DNA of 47,147 bases, from positions 1 to 47,147 of the forward strand of contig JBFMGU010000056.1 of assembly GCA_040752415.1 (NCBI GenBank), written 5' to 3'. The position numbers and the translations under genes were made by a program. Each line of letters opens with the position of its first letter. The first letter of the stretch is position 1. Of the stretch, positions 33,940-42,654 are shown piece by piece. The notes beneath the pieces are model-generated. The model made no database searches and was not told where the DNA came from. It saw only the letters and a program-made list of their open reading frames with translations. This stretch comes from Myxococcota bacterium (GTDB lineage: Bacteria; Myxococcota; JACRCW01).

Positions 33940-36042
33940 TCAGCGGATCAGGATGAGCGCGGCCAACACTCCGGCCGCGATCAAGAGCGCCAGGACCACG
34001 TAGGGGACGTTGCTCCGACGTGGCGGGACCGCCCGCGCCGGCCGCCGCACCGGCTCGGTGGACGTGGCCAGCTCGGCCCCTCGCAATGAGGGGGGCACGT
34101 ACACCTGCGCCGCGTTGCGCCCGGGAACGGCCGAAATCGCACCCGTGGTCAGAGGCCTGGCCCCCTCAATGGGCGCGCTCCCCGCGGCCCCCACGTCGTC
34201 AAACAGGTGTTCCTCCAGCGCGTCGCCGGTCCACCAGCGCACGTCGGATTCCTGGTAGTCCACCACTTCCGCGGCAGGGATGATGCGGCTGGACGCGCGC
34301 GGCAGCCTGGCGGAGATGGCCTCCAATCCGGCCCGCTGCGCGTCCTGGCGCGCCTCCCTCAGCGCCTGCCCCACCTCCTGCGCCGCTTCCTCCCGAGCCG
34401 CTCGCGCCTCAGGTGCCATGAGGGCCTCGCGCTCCCCCGTGTGCACGAGGTCCTCCAGCGCCATGGGAACGGGGCCTCGTGGGTTCCTCACCGCGTCCAG
34501 CTCTTCCGACGACAGCCGCACGGTGGGCTCTGGCAGCTCCAGCGTGGACTCGTCGTGGATGAGCGCATCCGGCTTGCGCGCGTGGCGCAGGGCAAGTGCC
34601 AGCTCGGTCTCATGGATGCGTCGCGTGGGCGCCGGACTGAAGTCATCCGCGTCCAGACCCGCGCGCACCTCGGCCACGGAGAGCTGCACCGTCGGGATGT
34701 TCCCTTCTGCTGGAGGGAGCACGGGCGTGGGCGCTTCCTGCAGACGCTTCAGTGCCTCGCGCAGCTCCCGCGGATGGAGCTGACGGGTCGGCGCCGCGCC
34801 GGAGCGGGTCTGGACCTCGTCGCCATGCGTGCCCGGGCGAGCGCCGGAGAGCACCAGGTCCGGCTTGGTGGCACCGCTGCCGTCGAGAAATGCGGATTCC
34901 TCGGCGGTGAGGTCCGGGCGGGGCAACAGCTGCGTGCGCGCGACATTGGAGGCAGGCGCGTCCATGCCCTCGGGGCGGATGGTGGCGTCGGAAAGCACGC
35001 CTCCGCCGGTGGCGGCGTCAGCCTCCAGCACGCGGCCAGGGAGGGTGGCCCGCAGCAAGCCCGTGACGCGTTGGCGGACACGGTCGCGCGCCGGCGGGAA
35101 GAGGCTCTCCATCAACGCCGCCACGTGCCGCTGCCCCACCCTGCGCCCGCTCGCCACGACGAGCTGCATCAACGCGCTGCGCATCTCCGCCGCGGTCTGG
35201 AAGCGCCGGGCGGGGTCCTTCTCCAGCGCGCGCAGGCAGATGTGCTCCAGCTCCGCGCTCACCGCGGGATTGATGGAGCGCGGCGGCACCGGTGACTGCG
35301 TGGCAATGGCGTTGGCCAGCTCCCACGCGTTGCCGCCCCAGAACGGTGAGACGTGGGTCATGCACTCGTACAGCGTGACGCCGGCGGAGAAGATGTCCGC
35401 GCGACGATCCACGCCACTGCCATGCAGCACCTCTGGCGCCGTGTAGACCACCTTGCCCGTGAGCTGCCCCGGACGCGTGTCGCTGCGGGAGCCCGCCACC
35501 CGCGCCACGCCAAAGTCCACCAGCTTCACGCGCCCGTCGTAGGTGACCACGACGTTGTCGGGGCTGACGTCGCGGTGGACCATCTCCAGCGGTCTTCCGT
35601 CGGGGCCGCGCAGCGTGTGGGCATGCTCCAGCGCCGCCAGCGTCTCCGCCATCACGTGCGCCAGCAGGTGCAGCGGGATGAACGCCCCCTGGGCCCGACA
35701 CGCGCACGCCATCTGCAGCAGGTTGCGCCCATCCAGGAACTCCATGGCCAGCGCGTGGCAGCCCGGCGCCTGCACCACGTCGAGGATCTCCACCACGTTG
35801 GGATGCTGGATGAGCCGCGCCAGTCCCTGCTCCTGCGTGAACAACTCCACGAACTGGCTGTCCGCCTCCAGCTCCGTCCGCAAACGCTTGAGCACCACCG
35901 GCGCGCCGCGGCGCTCCAGCGGCTGTCGTCGGGCCAGGTACACGTCGCCAATGGCTCCGCGACACAGCAACGCCAGGACCGCGTACCCGGGGACCTGCAC
36001 GGCGCGATGGGGCGGGCCCGGAGGAGTGACGACGGAGGCCAT
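33940..36042 (-). CDS. Ser/Thr protein kinase with long Thr-motif tail and terminal TM
   Basis: RGAIGDVY, VVLKR, HRDVSPDN, DFG, GKVVYTAPE. Start MASVV at 36042. Confidence 0.88.
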   Translation of the reverse strand: MASVVTPPGPPHRAVQVPGYAVLALLCRGAIGDVYLARRQPLERRGAPVVLKRLRTELEADSQFVELFTQEQGLARLIQHPNVVEILDVVQAPGCHALAMEFLDGRNLLQMACACRAQGAFIPLHLLAHVMAETLAALEHAHTLRGPDGRPLEMVHRDVSPDNVVVTYDGRVKLVDFGVARVAGSRSDTRPGQLTGKVVYTAPEVLHGSGVDRRADIFSAGVTLYECMTHVSPFWGGNAWELANAIATQSPVPPRSINPAVSAELEHICLRALEKDPARRFQTAAEMRSALMQLVVASGRRVGQRHVAALMESLFPPARDRVRQRVTGLLRATLPGRVLEADAATGGGVLSDATIRPEGMDAPASNVARTQLLPRPDLTAEESAFLDGSGATKPDLVLSGARPGTHGDEVQTRSGAAPTRQLHPRELREALKRLQEAPTPVLPPAEGNIPTVQLSVAEVRAGLDADDFSPAPTRRIHETELALALRHARKPDALIHDESTLELPEPTVRLSSEELDAVRNPRGPVPMALEDLVHTGEREALMAPEARAAREEAAQEVGQALREARQDAQRAGLEAISARLPRASSRIIPAAEVVDYQESDVRWWTGDALEEHLFDDVGAAGSAPIEGARPLTTGAISAVPGRNAAQVYVPPSLRGAELATSTEPVRRPARAVPPRRSNVPYVVLALLIAAGVLAALILIR

Positions 36043-36196
36043 GGCGGACAGGCGCGCAGCGTAGACCACCCCTCGGGAGGGCGGAAGAACGGGGCTCGGA
36101 AGCCCCCGCCTCCGTCCAAGGCTGCACGGGTCGGGAACACAAGACGCGTGGGCAATGCGTCGGTTAGGGTGGCGGCTCTCCTTGGCGGAAGGCGGC

Positions 36197-38152
36197 ATGC
36201 AACGGCTTGGTCGATACGTGCTCCTGGAGCGGATTGCCGCGGGCGGAATGGCGGAGGTCTTCCGGGCCGTGGCGGTGGGGAGCGCGGGGTTCGCCAAGCC
36301 CCTGGCCATCAAGCGCGTGCTCCCGCACCTGGCCTCCGACCAGTCCTTCGCCACCATGCTCATCGACGAGGCCAAGATCGCCTCCACGTTGACGCATCCC
36401 AACATCCTGCAGGTGTTGGACCTCGGTCGCCACGCGGAGGTGTATTTCATCGCCATGGAGTTCGTGGCCGGGCAGCCGCTGAACTCCGTGCTGGCGCGGG
36501 CCATCAAGGCGGGCGTGCGCGTGCCGCTTGAGCTGGCGGTCCACGTCGTCAGTCAGGCGTTGCAGGGCCTGGCCTACGCGCACCAGAAGACCGACGCCAC
36601 CGGCCGCCCCATGGGCATCATCCACCGCGACGTCAGCCCGCAGAACATCATGGTGGCCTACGACGGCAGCGTGCGCCTGGCGGACTTTGGAATTGCCAAG
36701 GCGGCGCAGCGCTCCACGCAGACGCTCACCGGCTCCATCAAGGGCAAGCCCCGGTACATGAGCCCGGAGCAGGTGCTGGGTGAGGCGGTGGACCAGCGCA
36801 TGGACATCTACGCCATGGGCGTGGTGCTGCATGAGCTCATCACCATGCGTCGCATGCGCACCGGCGACAATGACCTGAAGATCATCCAGGACGTGGCCTC
36901 GGGGGCGTTCCCGCGGTTCGAGGACGTGGGCGTGCAGGTGCCTCCCGAGGTGGCGGCGGTGGTGTACCGCGCGCTGGCTCCCGCCCCGTCGGACCGCTGG
37001 CAGGACGCGTCGTCGTTCGCACACGCGCTGGATGACCTCTCCCGCACGCAGGGATGGCACTGTGGTCAGCCGCAGGTGGCCGCGTTCATGCGCAGCCTGT
37101 TTGCCGCGGAGCTGGCCGCGGAGCTGCAGGCGCAGCAGACGTTCGGGAAGCTGGCGCAGGAGCTGGCGGAGGCCGTCACCACCGAGGAGATCAACGACGT
37201 CATTGCCCGCGTGGCCGGTGAGACGCACGCCGTCACCGATGACATGCTGGGCGGCGCCACCACCGTCACGCCGCACACACCCTCGGGCATGCGCACGGTG
37301 GCCAAGCCCTCACGCACGCCCCTGGTGGCCGCGGTGGTGGGGGTGGCCGGGTTGCTGGGCGCGGGAGGATGGTGGCTCACACGCCCCGTGGAGACGACGC
37401 CAGCACCCGCGGTGACCCTGGCGCTGGCGAACCTCATCGTCGAGACGGAACCCGCCGGCGCCACGGTGACGTGGAGCGGACGGACCTATCCCGGCGTCAC
37501 GCCGTTGGTGGTGCGGGATCTTCCGCCCGGCCCCGTCGAGCTGGAGGTGCTGCTGGCGGGCATGGAGCCGGTGAAGAAGGTGATGGTGCTGGAGGGCGGG
37601 AAGACGGAGCGCCTGAGCCTGACGTTGACGCCGGCCGCTGTCGTGGTGCCGGTGACCACCACCCCGCCGGGAGCCACCGTGTTGCTGGATGGCAAGGTGG
37701 TGGGTCGCACGCCCACGAAGATCACGCTCTCCGGCAGCACGCCCGTGCAGCTGCGCGTGGAGCTCAAGGACTTTGCCGGCGTGGAGCAGTCCCTGCTGGC
37801 GGCGCGTGCTCCGTCGGCACTGAACTTCACGTTGACCAGCCAGCGTCCCGCGGACCCACCGCCCTCACGTCATGAAAAGACGCGGAATGAGCGCAAGGAG
37901 AGCCGGCCGCCGCCGCGCGCGGAGACCCCCGCCGCCGGTGGGGTGGGGAAGCTCACCTTGCACACGCGGCCGTGGGGTCGCCTCTCCGTCGACGGGAAGG
38001 ACACGGGTCGTTACACACCGGTGTTGGAGATGCCGCTCCCCGCCGGGCAGCATGAGATCCAGCTCGTCAACGACGAGGAAGGCCTGCGCACGAAGTTCAC
38101 GGTCACCATCGTGGCGGGGGAGACGCTCAAGCTGACGCGGGAGCTGAAGTAG
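36197..38152 (+). CDS. Ser/Thr protein kinase with TM and three PEGA-like domains
   Basis: GGMAEVF, AIKR, HRDVSPQN, DFG, GKPRYMSPE; PEGA motifs TEPAGATV, TTPPGATVLLDG and TRPWG..VDG. Confidence 0.92.
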   Translation: MQRLGRYVLLERIAAGGMAEVFRAVAVGSAGFAKPLAIKRVLPHLASDQSFATMLIDEAKIASTLTHPNILQVLDLGRHAEVYFIAMEFVAGQPLNSVLARAIKAGVRVPLELAVHVVSQALQGLAYAHQKTDATGRPMGIIHRDVSPQNIMVAYDGSVRLADFGIAKAAQRSTQTLTGSIKGKPRYMSPEQVLGEAVDQRMDIYAMGVVLHELITMRRMRTGDNDLKIIQDVASGAFPRFEDVGVQVPPEVAAVVYRALAPAPSDRWQDASSFAHALDDLSRTQGWHCGQPQVAAFMRSLFAAELAAELQAQQTFGKLAQELAEAVTTEEINDVIARVAGETHAVTDDMLGGATTVTPHTPSGMRTVAKPSRTPLVAAVVGVAGLLGAGGWWLTRPVETTPAPAVTLALANLIVETEPAGATVTWSGRTYPGVTPLVVRDLPPGPVELEVLLAGMEPVKKVMVLEGGKTERLSLTLTPAAVVVPVTTTPPGATVLLDGKVVGRTPTKITLSGSTPVQLRVELKDFAGVEQSLLAARAPSALNFTLTSQRPADPPPSRHEKTRNERKESRPPPRAETPAAGGVGKLTLHTRPWGRLSVDGKDTGRYTPVLEMPLPAGQHEIQLVNDEEGLRTKFTVTIVAGETLKLTRELK

Positions 38153-38155
38153 CCC

Positions 38156-38827
38156 TCACCGACGTCGACGCACCCGCCACAACACCAGCAGCGGGAGCAC
38201 GCCAAGGCCCGCGGTGCCGGACGCCGAGCAGCCCGTGCCGCCGTTGTCGTCGGAGCCGCCGCTGTCTCCACCGCCGCTGCTGGTGCTGGACGTGGTGCCG
38301 CCGCTGCTGCTGGACGCGCCGCCCGCGCCCCCGTCCCCCGACGACGAACCCGCCACGATGCGGATGTCCGCGCACGAGTAGTACTCCGGGTAGCCCGACG
38401 TGGTGGTGGGGTCCGGCCCCTCGGTCATCACCTGGATGAGCTGCAGGGTGCACTCCTCGCACGGCGTGTTGGGGACGGTGATGGTGACGTCATAGGGGCG
38501 CGGGTTGCTGCGCGTGGCGGTCCCCACGTTGGAGTGCGGGATGTCATCCAGGATGATGTTCTCGTCGAAGCCCTCGTCGTCGGCGGTGCCCAGGGCCAGG
38601 CGGAACCAGCCGGGATGGTTGATGGTCTCCTCGAACGAGACTTCCAGCTGCGTGCCCGCCACGAGCTCCTCGCGCTCGGTGCCGGGGGCCACGTTGCCGC
38701 AGGGCGCGGTCTTGAGGCTGTCGCTCTGGCTGCGCGGTGTGGGCCACACCAGGCGGGCGTGGGCGTGGAGGTCCTGGGAGACGAGAAGGAGGCCCAGCAG
38801 GGCCGGGATGGGACGGAGCAGGCGCAT
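38156..38827 (-). CDS. Polysaccharide-monooxygenase-like protein (SCE4755-type) with MYXO-CTERM
   Basis: Signal ends LHA|H so His is residue 1; PCG; ETINHPG; CEECTLQLIQ; YYSCADI; Gly/Ser linker; GCSASG + hydrophobic + RRRR tail. Confidence 0.82.
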   Translation of the reverse strand: MRLLRPIPALLGLLLVSQDLHAHARLVWPTPRSQSDSLKTAPCGNVAPGTEREELVAGTQLEVSFEETINHPGWFRLALGTADDEGFDENIILDDIPHSNVGTATRSNPRPYDVTITVPNTPCEECTLQLIQVMTEGPDPTTTSGYPEYYSCADIRIVAGSSSGDGGAGGASSSSGGTTSSTSSGGGDSGGSDDNGGTGCSASGTAGLGVLPLLVLWRVRRRR

Positions 38828-38981
38828 GCCCAACCGGTAGCACGGCGAGGACTGGGACGGATCCCGTGTCCAACCGAGCCTTGACGTCCTTCAAAGCGGC
38901 ATTAGGGTGCCCCAGCTTCAGCCACACCTGACGCCACCGGCCACGTTGTTATCACCAGGGCCGAAGCCCCCCGGGAGACCC

Positions 38982-39308
38982 ATGCTCGACCAACTCAACC
39001 ACCAGGACCGCATGCGCCTCATGCGCTTTGTCTGCTCCTTCGCCTGGGCAGACCTCAAGGTGAGCGGCCCCGAGCGCGACTTCGTGCACAAGCTGGTGCG
39101 TCGCCTCCACCTGGATCCCCAGGAGGCGCAGCAGGTGGAGGGATGGCTCAAGAGCCCGCCCGACGAGGAGAGCGTGGATCCCACCTCCATCCCGCCGGAG
39201 CACAAGCTGATGTTCCTCAAAGCCGCGGAGGGCGTCATCAAGTCGGACGGGCGCGTCTCCGCCGAGGAGCGCGAGAGCTTCAACCTGCTGGCGCAGCTCA
39301 TCCGCTGA
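38982..39308 (+). CDS. TerB-family protein
   Basis: FAWADLKVSGPER and VIKSDGRVSAEER duplicated ADG..s..E motifs. TTGACG-N16-TAGGGT lies upstream at 38881-38908. Confidence 0.8.
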   Translation: MLDQLNHQDRMRLMRFVCSFAWADLKVSGPERDFVHKLVRRLHLDPQEAQQVEGWLKSPPDEESVDPTSIPPEHKLMFLKAAEGVIKSDGRVSAEERESFNLLAQLIR

Positions 39309-39315
39309 AGGAACC

Positions 39316-40374
39316 ATGCGGGCGTGGTTGCTGGCTGCATTGATGACCGTTGCCGTGGCCGGCGGCCTCAACCTCGTCGTGTCGTGGGTGGAGGAGCTGG
39401 ACCAGGCCACGCCCGTCCCCGACGCCGCCGCCGAGGCCGAGCTTCCCGACCAGCCCGAGCCTGTCGACGCCATTGACGACGAGGATCTGGGCACGCCGGT
39501 GGTCATCAACGCGGGCTGGATTGGCGGCCCGTGCGTTTCCGACGCGGAGTGCACCTTCGAGGGCGGCTTCTGCCTGCTCCCGGTGCAGGGCTACCCGGAA
39601 GGGCTCTGCACCATGCGGTGCAACGGATCCTGCCCGGATCGTCGCGGAGATCTCTTCTCCGACACCATGTGCGTGGCCAATCCGCAGCAGCCCACCGACG
39701 GCATCTGCATGTCCCGCTGCGCGCTGCACCTGACGCCCACGGGCTGTCGCGACGGCTACGTCTGCACCACGACGAGCCGCCACCGCGCCCCCGCCACGGA
39801 GCGCCTGGTGTGCATGCCGGACCTGGGGACGCCCGCGCCGGAGACGGAGTGCACCGCGCGACTGCGTGACCGGCATCTGGACTTCGGTCGACCGGACATG
39901 GCGGACGCGGAGACCACGCTCGGGGAGAGTCGTCGGACCTGCCAGATCGACACGCCCATCCTGCTGGCCTCTCCCGTCCACGGCGTGGATTACCGCGAGA
40001 CGGGACGGCGCCTGGCGGAGCACCTGCTGGTCAGCTGCGAGATGGCCGACGCGGTGGACCGCATGACGCAGGTGCTGGCGCGCCTGGACATCGTCGAGGT
40101 GGAGCACGTGGGGACGTACAACTGTCGCGGGATTGCGGGCAGCTCACGGCTCAGCGCGCACGCCACGGGCCGCGCCCTCGACGTGAAGGGCTTTGAGCGC
40201 GCCACCGGGGAGCCGGTGAACATCCAGCGCGACTGGAATGGTCGCAGCCGTGAGAAGCGGGAGTGGCTGCGCAAGGTGGTGAAGGAGCTGAAGGTCTCGG
40301 GGATCTTCCGACTCATCCTGACGCCGGACTCCGACGCGCGGCACCACGACCACTTCCACCTCGAGATCCGCTGA
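39316..40374 (+). CDS. Cys-rich exported protein with extensin-like C-terminal (M15-like) domain
   Basis: WIGGPC..DAEC Cys-rich region; GTYNCR, LSAHATGRALDV, HHDHFHLE. Confidence 0.8.
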   Translation: MRAWLLAALMTVAVAGGLNLVVSWVEELDQATPVPDAAAEAELPDQPEPVDAIDDEDLGTPVVINAGWIGGPCVSDAECTFEGGFCLLPVQGYPEGLCTMRCNGSCPDRRGDLFSDTMCVANPQQPTDGICMSRCALHLTPTGCRDGYVCTTTSRHRAPATERLVCMPDLGTPAPETECTARLRDRHLDFGRPDMADAETTLGESRRTCQIDTPILLASPVHGVDYRETGRRLAEHLLVSCEMADAVDRMTQVLARLDIVEVEHVGTYNCRGIAGSSRLSAHATGRALDVKGFERATGEPVNIQRDWNGRSREKREWLRKVVKELKVSGIFRLILTPDSDARHHDHFHLEIR

Positions 40375-41817
40375 TCACGGCGCGGTGCTGACCTCGAGAA
40401 CGGCCCCCATCAGGACGCGCAGGCCCTGGTGCAACGCGCGCAATGGCACCCGTTCGTCGCGACCGTGCATGGTGGCCGCCAGCTCCTGCGGGATCTCGAT
40501 GGGGACGAAGCCATACGCGCGCGTTCCCTTCGGTCGGGCCAGCAGCGAGTCCGTGTAGCCCACGCTGAGCACCGGTCCCGCCACCATGTCGCTGCGACCC
40601 GCCGTGGCGTGCGCGGCCAGCGCGCGGAAGAACGGGTCATCCCATGTGCTCCCGTTGGCGGGCGAAGCGGCGATGACGTCGAAGGTGATGTTGGGATCGT
40701 GGTCCACCGCGTCCTTGAGCCGCTCCAGCATCTGCTCCGGCGTGGTGCCCGGAAGCAGCCGGCAGTCGATCTGCGCGGTCACCTGCGAGGGAATCACGTT
40801 GGGCTCGAGCGCGCCGGAGAAACCGGTGATGTTCGCGGTGTCGGTGAGCGCGGCGCGCGTCATGGGTTGTCGCATGAGTCCCCAGGTGATGAGCGGCATG
40901 ATCGGCTCAGGGTTCTGGAGCACCCATCCCAACACGCCACCCTTGCTCCGCCCCACCTGCTGGAGCATCTCGACGAGCGAGGGGTCCACGCGCGCTTCAA
41001 TCTTTCGCGCCTGGATCTTCTGCACCGCCTGCATGAGACGCTCCGGCGCGCGTCCCGGCAACGGCGTCGATCCATGACCGGCTTCACCGTGCGCCGTCAT
41101 GCGGACCCACAGCACACCTTTCTCGGCGACGGAGATGGCCGCCACGGATTGGCCCTCGAGGAGGAGATCCCGGATGGGCATCCCGCCTTCATTGACCATG
41201 TGCTCACACCGCAGCTTGTCCCAGTGATTCGCGACGAGGAACTTCATGCCCTGGTTCCCGGATTCCTCGTCGGCAACGGCGATGAGCGTAACCGGGCGCG
41301 TGAGGGGAACGGCCAGCCGCTTGAGCCACAGGAACGTGACCAGCTCCAACGCGCCCATGCCTTTCATGTCCAGTGCGCCGCGGCCCCACAACATCCCGTC
41401 GTCGATGGCGCCGGAGAATGGACCCTTGTCCTGCGGCCAGCGCTCGGGCTCCGCGGTGGCGACGTCGATGTGCGAAAGCAAGCAGAGCGGTCCCGCCGTC
41501 GCGGTTCCCGTGGCTGGCAACGTGGCGACGAGCGAGCCGCGTCCAGGCGCGAACTCGAGGATCTCGTACGGGATGCCTTCCTGCTCCAGCGCCTTTGCGA
41601 GATACCGCGCGCCCTCCGTCTCATTGCCCGGCGGGTTGGCGGTGTCGACCCGCAGGTAGCCCTGCAGCAACGTCGTCAGCTCGGCATTGACGCGCTCCTG
41701 GTCCACGCGCTCCAACCACTTCAGCGCATGCGGCGCGGGCTTGGGCGTATCCACGGGCGCGGAGCAGGCCAGCGCGTTGACGACGAGAACGATGGCAGCG
41801 CGGGACCAACGGGGCAT
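40375..41817 (-). CDS. M20-family metallopeptidase lipoprotein
   Basis: Lipobox ALA-C; SHIDV, GRGALDMKG, ADEE, NEGG, GHGS, HGRDER. Start ATG 41817. Confidence 0.9.
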   Translation of the reverse strand: MPRWSRAAIVLVVNALACSAPVDTPKPAPHALKWLERVDQERVNAELTTLLQGYLRVDTANPPGNETEGARYLAKALEQEGIPYEILEFAPGRGSLVATLPATGTATAGPLCLLSHIDVATAEPERWPQDKGPFSGAIDDGMLWGRGALDMKGMGALELVTFLWLKRLAVPLTRPVTLIAVADEESGNQGMKFLVANHWDKLRCEHMVNEGGMPIRDLLLEGQSVAAISVAEKGVLWVRMTAHGEAGHGSTPLPGRAPERLMQAVQKIQARKIEARVDPSLVEMLQQVGRSKGGVLGWVLQNPEPIMPLITWGLMRQPMTRAALTDTANITGFSGALEPNVIPSQVTAQIDCRLLPGTTPEQMLERLKDAVDHDPNITFDVIAASPANGSTWDDPFFRALAAHATAGRSDMVAGPVLSVGYTDSLLARPKGTRAYGFVPIEIPQELAATMHGRDERVPLRALHQGLRVLMGAVLEVSTAP

Positions 41818-41883
41818 GGGCTCCTTATAGGTCCATTTGCCGCGCGCTTGTGCTCCGGTGCAGCAGGTGCGTAGGAACGGTGC

Positions 41884-42651
41884 ATGATCAGCCACTGGCT
41901 CTTTCTGCGCGGACTCACCCGGGAACAACGCCACTGGGGCACCTTTCCGTCGACACTGATGGGCGCCATCCCCGACGGGCACGCACACCTCTTGGACCTG
42001 CCGGGCTTTGGCACGGAGCATCACCGCCCTGCCCCGCCCACCATCGAGGCCACCACCGAGGACACGCGGGAGCGCTGGTTGCGCCTGAGGGATGCGCATC
42101 CCGGCCCCTGGCACCTCGTCGCCATCTCGCTGGGCGGCATGGTGGCGCAGCAATGGGTCTACGCGCACCCGCGCGACTTCCAGCACGTGGTGCTCATCAA
42201 CACCAGCGCATCCAACGTGAGCACGCCGTGGGAACGCATGTCGCTCTCCGCGCTCTCCGACGTGGCGCGCGCGGTGATGACGTCCGACCTGCGCACGCGC
42301 GAGCAGATCATCCTCCGCCTCACCACCCGCCTGCAGGGTGACCGTGCCAGCAGCCTCGCCGAGGAGTGGGCCCGCTACGCCACGGAGCACCCGGTATCCG
42401 TCCGCAACGCCGCGGTGCAGCTGGTGGCGGCGTCGACGTGGCGCGCGCCCCGTGCCCTGCCCGTTCCCACGTTGGTGTTGACCTCGCAGCAGGATGGCCT
42501 CGTGAGCACGGTGTGCTCGCACAAGCTCGCGGCGCGCTATGGCGCGGAGCTGCGCATCCACCCGGAAGCGGGCCATGACCTCCCCGCCGACGCACCGGAG
42601 TGGGTGGCCCAGCAGATCGCGGATTTCACGCAGCAGCGCGCGGCGGCGTGA
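41884..42651 (+). CDS. Alpha/beta-fold hydrolase
   Basis: LRGLTRE, LDLPGFG, AISLGG nucleophile elbow, QDGLV, AGHDL. Confidence 0.88.
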   Translation: MISHWLFLRGLTREQRHWGTFPSTLMGAIPDGHAHLLDLPGFGTEHHRPAPPTIEATTEDTRERWLRLRDAHPGPWHLVAISLGGMVAQQWVYAHPRDFQHVVLINTSASNVSTPWERMSLSALSDVARAVMTSDLRTREQIILRLTTRLQGDRASSLAEEWARYATEHPVSVRNAAVQLVAASTWRAPRALPVPTLVLTSQQDGLVSTVCSHKLAARYGAELRIHPEAGHDLPADAPEWVAQQIADFTQQRAAA

Positions 42652-42654
42652 CGT

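Noticed and set aside
41818..42576. Long N-terminal extensions in the ORF track (M20 peptidase; also 36043-36507, 5267-5728, 22242-22718)
   Set aside because: They overlap neighbouring real genes; signal peptides, RBSs and domain starts support the shorter calls.
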